Position numbers and translations under genes: made by a program
The notes under the pieces: generated by a model
Told to the model about the DNA's origin: nothing
Databases searched by the model: none
The model's input: only the letters and a program-made list of their open reading frames with translations
Assembly: GCF_009914755.1 (NCBI RefSeq)
Contig: NC_060926.1
Source: the human T2T-CHM13v2.0 reference genome, Homo sapiens
Direction: 5' to 3' (one strand)
DNA length: 64,000 bases
In this document: positions 30,076-43,918 of the stretch, piece after piece
Numbering within the stretch: position 1 is the first letter of the stretch
Layout of the letters: every line of letters starts with the position of its first letter

Positions 30076-31925
30076 TTATCCAATTTCTATGCTTATCCAC
30101 CAAGTAGTCTTTAAATTTTTGATATGATAAACAATGATATAGCATACATCATTTTAATGACAAATTTGTTCACACGCTTAAATATGTTTTTAAGACATCC
30201 ACATGTTTTCAGACATGAACTACTAGTCAAATATTACACACGTCTTAAGGTTATTTACATGTATTTAAGAATCATCATATAATAAGCTTAACCAGTTTTT
30301 ATTTCTGCTCATATTTATAGCTTAGAAAAAATAGCCCTTGATTAAGGAATTTTGAAGGATTTCATGATAATAGCTTCTAAAGAAGGAAATTATAATAAAA
30401 GTAATAAATCAGCTTCTATAGCATGAGAATGAGTATTGCCCAAAAACTCAAACATGTGCTGGTGGGATAAATGAAGTGGGTTATGATGGAACATTTCTTA
30501 TTCAAGATGACTGCAAATTCATAAGGTAAAGTAGAACTCCTAATATAAACAATAAAAAATCTGGAAGCTGAGGTAAACAGAAAATTTCTCAGAGATATGA
30601 TGTACTTCTATCCTATTTTGTTATGATCATGAGATTAGAATGACTTTGAGGTCATGGTCATAAGATAAATATGAACACATTGGTATGCTCTGAACTGTGC
30701 CTAACAAAGCCATGTTTTGCCATAATGTTCTGTGCTTTAGAGACACTTGTGAAATAGTATGGCATTAAGAGGTTGATTTGCTGTGAAATTGATTGTTTCA
30801 ATGGAAAGCACACATTCACACACCTACACCAAGATGAAGTTAAGTTCATTTCCTGGTGGCATGGAGAACAGCTCTTGCTGAAACAACAAATCTAAGGGTT
30901 GAGAACTGGCACTGATAATGTCCACGTCTCAGATAAACCTTCTCATGTGGAATAAGGTTGTGCCTCTTCGTGCATTCCATAAAATGATCAGACTTTCAGG
31001 GGAGCAATTCTGCAGTTCAGTAACATCAAACAGGACTTTCTTATGTTATAGATGAACACTAGAGCATAGTAACATTATGCTGGGGTTTGCCTCCAATTAT
31101 TTGGAGCTAGATAGTTAAATGAATAGACAGATTAAATAGATAGATTAAATGAATGACTTGGAATTGTTTTTGTGTGTGTGTATGTGTGTGTGTTAGTGTG
31201 TTACATACGTGTGTTAATGCACATACATATGTATTTACATATTTAACAGATTTAAAGCATGTGAGACTCCCATAACATATAACTCATTACTCTATGAAAC
31301 TCAACGATAAAAAAGAATATCTAACTTTCTGCATAAAATTTAAAGTTCAAAACAAAGACTAAAATAATGGCCATTATGTATTAAAATAAAGTAAATGAGA
31401 TAATACAAAAAGTAGTGATAAAACTAACTGTTTTAATTTCAGCTATTCTTCGAGGAGAGTGATAAATAAAGAAGGAGGAGCATAGGCAGTAATCATAAAG
31501 TCTTCACAAAGTAACTTCTGTTTTTTTTTGTGATATTTCACCTATTTTATACACTTGAAAATGCCTCTGGGAATTAATTCTGATTCTTCAACATTTTCCC
31601 TGAATATATAAAATTAGAAAAAGCCAGAGTTGGCGATTTATGAGAGAATTAGGTAACATCTCTTGTTGTCCATTGAATATCTAAACAGAAAAAGATAAGA
31701 TATATGTTTTAAAAGTATATGTAATGTTGAAAATGTATACTCTAAGTGAAGTCCAGGTGAAGCATCTGCTAGATATTCTGGACAGGACATAGATGAATTG
31801 AATTCTATTAAATGGAGGTTAAAAAATTGTGGAAGATTAACTTGAATTGGAAAATGATAAATAAAAGGGATAATGAAGGTTACATTAGTTGTTTTTATAA
31901 ACAATTTTAAATAGAGCATCAAATG

Positions 31926-32338
31926 TGGTATGGACTGAATTGTGCTCCCTTAAAATTCACGCTGGAGCCCTGTTTGCCAATGTGATCATATTTGGAGGGG
32001 CGATTGGGAGTTAATTAGGTTTAGATGAGCTCATGAAGGTATGGTTTTAATGATGGTATTAGTACCCTTACAAAAAAAAGATACCAGAATGCTTGCTCTC
32101 TCTCACTCTCTTTCTCTCTCTTTCACCCTCTTTCTCCTCTTTCTCTCTTTCTGCATGTGAGGACACAGTGAGAAGGCATCTGTGTACAAGGAAGGAAGCA
32201 AGACCTCACCAGAAACCAACCATGCCAGCACCTTGATCTTGAACTTCTAGCCTCCAGAGCTGTGAGAAAATAAATTCCTCTTGCTTAAGACACCTGATCT
32301 ATGGTGATTTGTTATGGCAGCCTGAGCTGAGTAAGACT
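31926..32338 (+). mobile_element. MLT1A/B-type MaLR solo LTR
   Basis: TGGTATGGACTGAATTGTG...GAACTTCTAGCCTCCAGAGCTGTGAGAAAATAAA...GTTATGGCAGCCTGAGCTGAGTAAGAC. Confidence 0.85.
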
Positions 32339-32794
32339 ATATGCTATACATAATTGCAATACACGAGAAAGTTGAGGTGTGTATGTATGTGTTTGTGTGA
32401 GCACATGTACAAATATGTTGAGATAGAGACAGCAGGCAATGAGAGAGAAAGATAGGGAGAGAGAGAGAGAGAGGGGGAGAGAGAGAGACAAAGTAGCAAG
32501 CAAGCCATGAAAAATAATATTTTTCCCGGTATTTCCTGAGGTAGTGCCTCTGATACCTGTATGTTTTAAAGTGGAATAAAAATAGAATTTTAGTCAGGGT
32601 TCTTCACAACAACCACAAATCCATTGTTCTGGCCTGCTCTATGCAAGAGTTTGGTGTTTGGCCTAGTGAATTCACTACATTGTGTTAAGAAGGAAGCATA
32701 AAATGAAGATTTCCTGTCCTGTGTAGCAAAAGAATCTTGTGTTATATCATTTATCACACTGTAATATATGCAAAATGCTATTTAGAAGCCTATC

Positions 32795-33382
32795 TTTTTT
32801 TCAACTTTTATTTTAGATTCAGGAGATACATGTGTATTTTCGTTACCTGGGTATATTGTGTGATGCTGAGGTTTGGAATATGAAAAATCCCATAACCAAG
32901 GTTCTGAGCATATACCCAATAGTTTTTCAACTGTTTCTCCCCTCACTTCCCCCGCCCCAGTAGTCCCCAGTTTCGATTGTCACCATATTTATGTCCATAA
33001 GTACCCAATGTTTAGCTTTCACTTACAAGTGAGAAGATGTGATATTTGGTTTTCTGTTCCTACATTAATTTGCTCAGGATCATGGCCTCTAGCTGCATCC
33101 ATGCTGCTGCAAAGGACACCATTTCATTTTTTATGGCTGTATAATATTCCATGGCATATATGTACCACATTTTCTTTATCCAGTCCACCACTGATGGACA
33201 TCAGGATGGTTCCTTGTTTTTGCTATTTTGAGTAGTGCTGCAACGAACATGTGAGTGCATACATCTTTTTGATAGAATGATTTGTTTTCTTTTGGATATA
33301 TATCCAGTAATGGGATTGCTGGGTCTAATGGTAGCTCTGTTTTAAGTTCTTTCAGAAATCTCCAAATTGCTTTCCAGAGTGA
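32795..33382 (-). mobile_element. 5'-truncated L1 (L1PA16/L1PB-type 3' end)
   Basis: Poly-T followed by CAACTTTTATTTTAGATTCAGG. TSD AGAAGCCTATCTTTT / AGAAGCCTGTCTTTT. Confidence 0.88.
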
Positions 33383-35476
33383 AGAAGCCTGTCTTTTAGA
33401 TAATTTTCATTTTCCCTACTTTAGTATCCTGATTGATATCTGTATTTGGTTTTAGATAGGTAATTTGATTTGAAACCAACAAACAAGAGTATGCCTTTTC
33501 CATAATGAATGTTCTATCATGCCAGAATTAGGTCTTTTAAAATATCACTTTTCAAAAGGCCATAGTTTTGAAGGGTTATGGAAGAAATGTTCTGCACTGT
33601 TGACCTCTAATATGTATCTATTTGGGATCTCAACCACTTACTACTTTTATGCTCAGCATACGTTATTATAAGGTGCCAAAATTAAAAACAAAATTCCTTC
33701 ATATAAATTAGTGACTAAATACCATAGTTCCAAATTTAGCATGTGCTAAGGTGACAAACTGCTGAAGTATTGTAGAATAAATGATAAAGAACTATATCTT
33801 TGGAGGCAAATATATCTACATTTGAATGCTGTCTCTGTGCCACCTGCTCATGTGATCTTCACAAGTTTAATGAAAAATGTACATAGGTATTTTGCCCAAT
33901 GACTGGCATTTAGTCACTGCCCACTTAATGTTAGCAGATGTAGAAGTCTTTTAGCCTTAGAAATCGGAAGGATATTTATTGTTTCTATTTGCTGCAATGC
34001 ACTTTTTCCCCTCAACATATGCAGAAATTTATTTCCAAAATGAAGGGAGATAAGGAGGGAAGGGGAAGGTAGTGGTACTAACCAAAGTCATCAAACCCAA
34101 GCTGCAACAAGAACAAGTCACTTTGGTTCCTGGAGCCAAACTTGAAGAGGAAATAGGCAGAAAGGAAGACAAAATTGTAAGAATATATAGTCAGTGGGAT
34201 TCTTTTTCTATCTAAATGATTTAGTTATAAATATAGACGTCTTCCCTCTATGCATGTAACAAATACAAAATTCACTACCGTGAAATTTTAAAACTGAACT
34301 CTTTCACATTTGTTAAAAAAGTTAAAATCACATAATTTTCTTCCCTTCAGTTTCTGAACTATTACATGGAATAATGGCTAGTCCTAACTTCTATACACAG
34401 TTAAGCTATATTAAACTCCTTTGACAGTATAAGGAGCTACATAATTTCTATCACACTTGCCTTGAATTTAGGCATGAGAAAAATTTCTTGAAGCGACTAA
34501 AAAGGAGCAAGTCAAGAAAAAGGAAAGCTATAAAGGAGACAAAAAGAAGACTACCAGATGAAACAATTACCCTGAAAAACTCATGTATTTTATTAAAGGA
34601 GTACAAATACCCCACAAATGACAATAAATGTAATCTATTACAACAAAGTAAGCAAAATAAAGTGCACATATCAAGCATGATAAATGGCCCTAATAGGCTA
34701 TCTGCTGAAAGACGTAAGGCTCGAGATTAAGTCCACCAAAGGGTCCAAATTCCTTTTAGACCCTAAAGAAAAGGTTCTGCAATGCACTTTTATTTTTTTC
34801 TTTTAGTCTGTAAATTGTTGCATTGCACTTTTAATATACAAATGTATGTATACAATATTTCTCATGTATGCATTTAAGAAATATTCATTGTGAACCTACT
34901 ATTCCAGATACTGTTATAGGCATTAGATTTATATACACACACACACACACAGAAATCAGCAAATTTTCAGAATCATTCTGGGCAGCACCGACTGGATTGA
35001 TTACCAATGCTTCCTACATACTATTTGAATGGTCCTTATTTTCCATAAAATAAAGAGAAATGCATAGCTCAAAACATATCTTTACAATAATAAACTTCAA
35101 GATTTTCCTAGATAGTTGCAAATTTGAATATTATGTGTGATCAGATCATAATTCATGTTTCATTGTCAATTTATATCTTATGGTTACCATTCTTTTATAG
35201 TACAAACACAATACAAATTTGAAATAATTCCTTTGTTAAAAAAATTAAAACCTAAAACAAAATTTAATTATGTCAAAGCAAAAACTGCAGTGATTCCAAT
35301 AGCAATATTCTATTATAAATATTAGAAATCACATTCTTCTCTTGGTTAGAGTGACCTGAGTATTTTTTTCTCCACATTTAGTATCAAATAATCTTATTGG
35401 CCTGATATAGGGCATACATGTGTATTTACATCTGTGTGTATTTGGACACATATAAATATGTGTATATATTAATCAT

Positions 35477-35510
<34 letters not shown>

Positions 35511-35793
35511 CATATGCATTTAAGATGAGGACATTGAGACTTGAGGTGATAGGTGTTATGGTAATAGTTGAATGGTATGCCCTTTATTAAATAATTGTCT
35601 TTCAGCTCCAATCCCTCTACTTTCCACTCTGTTTGGCAACAATGGGCTTGGAACTTTGCAAATCACACTTCAACATCACCAGCTGCTCACATTCTTCCAA
35701 GAGATACCAGAAGGGAAACTGGGAAGCTGGAGGAGAAGGGGAGAGGACCATGCCTTCCCTGTGTGTTTCCCGTTAGTGTTAGCAGCACCTCAG

Positions 35794-35797
<4 letters not shown>

Positions 35798-35842
<45 letters not shown>
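35798..35842. repeat. (TG)n microsatellite
   Basis: Read directly. Confidence 0.95.
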
Positions 35843-35845
<3 letters not shown>

Positions 35846-38554
35846 GTGGCAGTTTATTTCCATTGCATTAGTTGCAGTGTATTTTCTAAAAGTCTTCTGC
35901 AGTTTTTTGTACCTGGGGTCGGAGAGGGCTAGACAGAAGAGCTAGGAATAAAAATATGTGGAGTACTAAGTCAGAGTGGAGAGAAGGGTCCTCAAGATCC
36001 CCCTCCCCTCTTCTACCCCCATAACGAAGTGTTTGCAGAGGTGCCTGAGGAAGGCCTCAGACAAGGGGACCTCCAAATGAAGGCACGTGGGATAAGAATG
36101 CAGATATTTGTCAGGGCACAGCTGACCATATGGGTCTGAGTTTTTGCTGCAATGCATTCGCTGTATGCTAAATTCAATGTGAGGTATATAGCTTTGCTCC
36201 ATGAGGCCTGCCAGGCCAATCCTTTGTGATTGCCTATGGTCAGGCCTGAAAGATCACCCATGGGATTTTAGCTGTACTACTAGTTCCCTCATGTCATTTT
36301 TGAGTCGATTTATAGACCAAACCTCTCCCAAAATCCTGCAACCAGTGTGCGTATTTTTCTTCACTGTAGATTAGCTTTGCCTTTCCTAGAACTTGATGTG
36401 AATATAATACTAATGTCAATAGATATGGATAAATTGTAATTACAGGATAGGAGAGTAGAAATAAAATGAATGAGCAAAGTTCATGAGAAAGTAAAAAGAG
36501 AAGGCATCTAGAGCTCAGATTGAGGGATTGGAATAGTTATTTTATTAACAGCAAAATTGGAAGAGAAGACAGATGGAGTTGAAGATAATTTCTAAAAAGA
36601 AACTTAATATCACCTGAGATTATCATTCATATAATTCCTTTGATGTTCAATATATTATATTTTATTAATGATTTTCTGATTGCAAACCATCCTGTTGTAC
36701 CCTATTTAGTAACTATTATTATTTACCCTTCAACTTTAAATGATAAAGGTTGATGCAGAAATGCTTATCTGAACCATATTGTAGAGAAAAAAATTAAATC
36801 CTCAATGAATTGAGAGCATGTAAAAATTATGAGGAAAGAAAAATACCCTAGGAAAAAACTAATCACATGAGAAAAGCTGGACGCATTTTAAAATAATTAG
36901 TTAATACATATAATTTAGACGTCTGAGTAGTTAATAATGGTAGAGATGTTGAAACTGTCACCCACATTCATATGGGTGAAAATCACCATGTTTACTAGCA
37001 ACCTATGGATGCACAAATTGAATGAATGAATGAATACAAATGAGTATTATTTATGTATATATGTGTGTGTGTTTGTCCCTTTTGGTAAAGTAACTTCACA
37101 TTTAGGAACTTATCGTACAGGAGTGACAAGAGTCTGCTCATGTTTTCACCTGCAAGAATGTTGATTCACATGCATATTTAAATTAGTAACACAACTAAAA
37201 AGCTCTCCTGAGTTCAACAATGAAAACACAGTTAATAGTATAATAATACAGATAACTAAGTGATCGTGATGAATAGATCTTTGCAGCCTATTGTTAAGTG
37301 AAAAAACTCTAAAAATTATGTATAATATAAACCCATTTGTATAAATGTAAATATAGGAAGAGTTTGAAATCTTATAGCTAAATATTTACAATCACCATCT
37401 CTTAACTGGTGAGATTACATGTGAGTTTTAGATTTTTCTTCCTGTTCTATTTTGGATAAGGTTATTTAAATTTTCCTCAGTAAATATATATTACTTTTGC
37501 AATAAAAATAATCTGCATTTCTAATAGTTTATAGTTTGTTTCTTCCCATGTTTCAGTTGTTATTTTGTGTTGTAACTATCACTCAGAGCCCTTTGAGACT
37601 CCAGTTATAGCAGAACAAGTTTGCAACTGCGTTTCACAGTGTTAAAGTCCCTCTGGTTATTCTGCTTTATTGCTCTAATAGTTTAATGTCAACCCTTTTT
37701 CATAAGAAAGATCTATCTTGGGTATTTCAATCATCTTGCAAAAAAGGAAAAGCATATTTTTTTCATGAAAGATTGAAAATAAATACTGGCTTTATATAAG
37801 ATCATAAACTTGTTATCTTTTTTCTTTTTTGTGTGGGAAAATGTCAGAAAATTGCAATAGTAGGACTAAAGTAATAAATTAAAATATAACTAGTAGAATA
37901 ATATAAAATGTTAAATATATTATTTAAAGCAGAATAACATAGTGAGAGCTACCATATAAGAAAAACTTGGATTTAAATTGTTACCTTTTCATCTGATAAT
38001 CAAGTGATCTTAAAGTGATTACTTAACATATGAATATACCACAATAACCTCTAAAATATACAAATTTTCCTGCCTTTTTTTGTAGGAAGAGAATGAGACT
38101 TAAATGAGTAATGTGTAAGGACTGATACATTGTAAGGATGCATTTATTATTACCTATACTTAATTTTTTTATTGTTCAACCAGAAACTATATATTGCCAG
38201 ATGGTAAAACATATTACCAGATGGTAATATGTTCTATGAAGAAAATAAACCAGACAACATAATAGATAGTGAATGAGAATTAGCGTTGGAAGAGATTTGA
38301 AGAGGCTGACTTAGACTACTTGAGTTCATCAGAATTTAAATATGCTCATACCTACCATCAAGTGTGATCCCACCAAGTGTCAAATACTTCCACACTGTGA
38401 CAAGTAGTATTAATAACAAAAGCCAATATATTACAAAGTTTTTCTATGTGCCAAACTGTTTGTAAGATTATTTGCTTTAATCCTATATTAGCACCAAAAT
38501 TGAACTATAATATTGACACCACAGACTTCTGGACAAAACCAAATGGAAAAGTCC

Positions 38555-39300
38555 ATTTCATGGAAACGACGAGTAGAAAGGTGACCACCAGAGGCTGAAA
38601 GGGAGGCAGAGAGATGGGAAAAGGGGGAATGCTGATCAAAGGTGTTAAATTACATTTAGCCTAAAGTTGCTTCCGTAGGTATTTTAAATTTGACCTAAAG
38701 TTTCTCTGTACATAGTGAACTGTAGCCTAATTGGATATATAAACAGATTGTAACTTACTCTTGTACCTATTACCAAGTTTCAGGCAATCAAAGGCAGCCA
38801 GCTGTTCAAACCATATTTAAATAAAGCAAATGCCATGCTGTAACCATTCCGGCTGTTTCTCTAACTCACTTGTATTTACTGTACGTCTCTTTCCTCTTTC
38901 TGTCCATAAATCCTCTTGGACCACACGGCAGTACAGAGTGGCTTTGAGCCTCCACTGGTTCTGGTCTGCTTGATTCACAAATCATACTTTGCTGAATTAA
39001 ACTCTGTCAAATTTTATTTCTCTAAATATTTCCTTTTAATAAAGTTTCAGTTAAGCTGGAGGACAAAGGGTGATCCTTTGCACTGCATCACAACCAAATT
39101 TAACAATAAAGTATTGTATATTTCAAAATTACAAAAGAATAGTTTTTAATGCCTTCACCACACAAAAAAATAATAGGTTGATGAGGTGAGGAATATGTTA
39201 ATTAGCTTTGTTAACTCTTTGGACAGTGAATACATAGGTCAAAATTTTATACCCCATAAATATACACAACTAGTTTTTGTCAATTGAAAAAAAATAAATA
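38555..39300 (+). mobile_element. L1MA 3' end interrupted by a MER57-like LTR
   Basis: GAGTAGAAAGGTGACCACCAGAGGCTG...GATCAAAGG | AAGTTTCAGTTA...ATACCCCATAAATATACACAAC...A-rich end. Confidence 0.7.
38643..39041 (+). mobile_element. MER57-like ERV1 solo LTR
   Basis: TGTTAAATTACATTTAGCCTAAAG...CAATCAAAGGCAGCCAGCTGTTCAAACC...CTTTTAATA. Confidence 0.75.
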
Positions 39301-41798
39301 TATTTCGGTTCCTACTGCTTCATTTTCATCACATTTGACATGAAATTACGAAGTGGCAAAATTTATTTTGTGGCAGTGAACTATAAGTAAGCTCTCTACC
39401 TATACCCAATTAAGCCATGGTTAAGTAAAGAGAAAGTGCACAAAGAGTTGGCCTGAAGTTTAAGACATATGAAAGCAGTCTAACAATGTTTAAACCAGCA
39501 CTGAAGGAATATGAGAACATAAATTTTTTAAATTTAAATTCCATTTAATTTTTTAAATTTAAATTAAAATTTTTTAATTAAAAATTTTTTATTACAAAAA
39601 ATTATGTATACATAAATATCCTCCCAATCTATATTTTCTAAAATTTAAAGTTTATTGTCCACTAGATGATGACAGAATTCTTGTTTCAAATTTAAGTTGG
39701 GGGTCAGGTTGATGGGCATGGTTCTTAGCCTAATTTTTTAATTTCTCAGAAAGTTTTTCAATACAAGACTACTGCACTAAACTGTTCCTTCTAAGTTTAA
39801 AACTTGGCTCTATAATACACTATACTAGTGTAAAAATAAAAGGTAAAGATTCTACCATAAATGACAAGGAGGAGAACTTTTGCTGTAGTTGCTTCTGCAT
39901 AGAATAGTTTATTTATGGTGAAACCATCCCATAGAAAAATGTGACATATGAAACTTACTCATTCTTCCAGTCTCCTTCTTTCTTCATTTTTCTTCTCTGG
40001 AAGTTGCTGTATTTGAGTAGTTTATAAAGTTTAAGGGTTGAGGGTGAATGGGATGATTGGACTTCACCTCTAAAAGAAACAACCAGTGCAGTGCAGGATA
40101 GCTGTCCCACTATCTCAATGCAGTTTCTAAACTGAGGTACCTATAGTGCAGGAGGGGCTTTCTTTCCTATGTGGGATGTATTTTATGTATCAAGGTGTAA
40201 ATTGGGCTTGAGGTGAAAACAATTTCACGTAATATAACTCCATTAGCATTATTAATAGCCTATTACCTCCACAGCCCCTCACACACTTTTTGTAGGTTGA
40301 CTATCAGTTTGAATTTCTTGGTAGGATTGTGTTTTCATCGTGCTGTACTTATCAGTATTTTAAAGGACACTTTGCAATAGCTACGTATGGGTGTGTTGGT
40401 CATTCTGCAAGTAAATCTGGAATCCTTTTGGAGATTACAATATAATATACCTAAAGTACTATTTTTTTTTTTTCAAATTACAAAGAGACAAAAGACAAAG
40501 CCTTTTGCTTCTGCTATAAATAGGACACCCTCAGGAAAGCTGGAGCTTCTAATTCTTCCAGTGATGGAACTCAGCATATGTCTGAGGAGCAGAGAATTCA
40601 GAAGCTCCCATGGGCCTCCCACAGCTGGAATCTAAGTAAGAAAATGAATTCCATCCCTCACATGTTTTAAAAATGCAAAAGGATGCTGACATTCTAGTTA
40701 TAAAAGTTATCCAGGCTGTCAATTTTGTGACTTTAATGTATTCAATATTCCAAGAAAATGCTTCTTGGAGTCTGGCACCTGCAAATACTGATTTCTTAAA
40801 TCTATGTTTTAATGCTGTGTTACAGAAATCGTAATTACAACAATTTCAAGCAAGTAGTTGTACTGAATGATATGTTCACTACCCTTTACATTTAGAAAGA
40901 AAATATTTCTGAGTAGGTAAATATTGCTGTTCAATCCTATTGACAGTTTGCTTTATGAATTTGAGGTGGCTTATGAAAATGTCCCTGAATTTTGAAAGCT
41001 CTTTTATAGCCTCTGGATAACTTTTACTTTCACAGAGCTTTCTACCTAAACTGCTAAGTCCATGATACAATATGTTAAAAATAAACATTAGTGAAATATT
41101 GAATTTCAAAATTATTATATATAGTTACTAAAATATTATCTTTTTAAAATATAATCCTTTTGTACAATTTTTGCATTAGTTACTACATTTTGCTTCTATT
41201 ATTTATAGCTCCTAGCCATATAAAGCTTTCTTCACACTGGTTTTTCACACTTAAGAATTTTATTCATTTATATTTGTTTTAAGGGACACCTTTTTTTAAA
41301 TTTCAAATGTTATCACTTACAGTTATATACTTATTTGTCTTCAAAGTTTCACTTCTTGGTCAAATAATGGACTGTAATTTGGTTTTTATATTCATCACTA
41401 ATATTTGGATTTTATCTGTCAATCTATTTATATATGTGGTTTAATCAATAAAATGCAAAAGACTGGTCATTACTCATCTTTCTAGCAGATAAGTTGAATA
41501 AATAACTTAGAATCTCAGAAGTTGACTTTAGCAAATTTTCTTCAGATTCAAGAGGACATCTAATTAGAAGTTCATGACACACCCTATCAATTTGTTTTTC
41601 ACTAGAACAACCACAGAAGTCTCAGAAAAGAGAATATAAAAGCATGCAACAAAATAAAGGACTCATAAGAGTACAGGGATCACATACATGAAGTTGAACA
41701 ATGTTCGGTTTTAATTCTTCACAATTATCATTTGTAAGATTGTAGGTAAGTTTATTTTTCTAATACTGGGTTTGTATTTTTAAAAAATGCAGATAAAT

Positions 41799-42130
41799 GG
41801 CTGGGCGCGGTGGCTCACACCTGTAATCCCAGCACTTTGGGAGGCCAAGGTGGGCGGATCACGAGGTCAGGAGGCAGAGACCATCCTGTCTAACACGGTG
41901 AAACCCTGTCTCTACTAAAAATACAAAAAAAAAAAAAAAAAAATAGCGGGGCGTGGTGGTGGGCACCTGTAGTCCCAGCTACTCGGGAGGCTGAGGCAGG
42001 AGAAAGGCATGAACCCGGCAGGCGGAGCTTGCGGTGAGCCGAGATCGCGACAGAGCGAGATCTCTAGCCTGGGCGACAGAGGGAGACTCCGTCTCAAACA
42101 AAACAAAACAAAACAAACAAACAAACAAAA
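41799..42130 (+). mobile_element. AluY with an altered right arm
   Basis: AluY diagnostics, (CAAAA)n tail, TSD ...AAATGCAGATAA / AAAAGCAGATAA. Confidence 0.93.
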
Positions 42131-42724
42131 AAAGCAGATAAGTAAATATCCACTACATTAGGCATTGTGAAGAACAAATCAAATACTGTGTAAAACTTCT
42201 TTGAAACAGTGCCTAACATGTACAGCACATCAATAAATAAGGATTTTATTGATTATTTTAAATTAATCTTGCAACAATAAAAACAAAGAGATTAGAAGAC
42301 AAACTTCTATTCGAATCTGGGGGTAAATTTCCTTACTTAACCACTATAATTAAAATTGAATTTACGATTGAAAACTGATATTGCTAAATTCTGTCTTACA
42401 TGTGAAAAAGCAAGTCTAACATGCTAAAGAGTGGTAAAGGGTTGCCTCTTCTGATACCCACATTACGTTTCGCTGATCCCAGTCTTACAGTTTTTATAAC
42501 CCCAAATCTGAAGTGCCTTTTATTTATCTATATCTATATGTATATCTATCCACCTAGATCTATAGTATATTTTTTTTGAGGTCACCATACTACAGTTTTT
42601 CTATCTAGCATATCTCTTTCTGTTTACATGCAAGACAACAGATCACATGTGGGAGATGCTTGAAGTGGAGAAGTGTGTCTCCAAAAGTGTGATATCTACA
42701 ATGAATCATTTGGAAAGAGTCCTC

Positions 42725-43039
42725 AGCAAGCTGTGGTGTCTTATGCCTGTAATCCCAGCAGTTTGGGAGGTCGATGTGGGTGGATCGCTTGTGCCCAGGA
42801 ATTCAAGATCACCCTGGCCAACATGGTGAAACCCCATCTCCACAAAAAATACAACAATTAGCTGGGCATGGTGGCGCATACCTGTAGTCCCATCTCCTCG
42901 AGAGAGGCTGAGGTAAGAGGATCGCTTGAGCCTGGAGGTTGAGGCTGCAGTGAGCCATGATTGCACCACTGCACTCCAGCATGGCCAGCATGGGGGACAG
43001 AGCATGACCCTATCTCAAAAAAAAAAAAAAAAAAAAAAA
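42725..43039 (+). mobile_element. AluJ
   Basis: GGATCGCTTGAGCC..GAGGCTGCAGTGAGCCATGATT with AAAGAGTC flanks. Confidence 0.92.
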
Positions 43040-43429
43040 GAGTCTTGATGCAAAGAGCACTGATGGTGCTTTAAGCTTTGGATTTCGGATTTTCATGTAC
43101 CTATTGATTTATCATAACAATCAAATTAGCCATGGAGTCAGGAGAACATTAAGCCTAAGCCTCAATTTGGCAGAGCTAGAATAGATAAATAACTTGAAGT
43201 CATCATCAATTGTACTACGCAACAAAGTGTAACTGTCCTTTGGCATTAGGGCTAACAAAGAGATTCATACACACACACACACACACACACTATATATATA
43301 CATATATATATATATGTATATATATAGTGTGTGTGTATATATATAGTGTATACAATATATATTGCTATATATATAGTATATAATAATCCCTTTGTTAGCC
43401 CTAATCATGCCTTTTGTTAGCCCATATAT

Positions 43430-43918
<489 letters not shown>

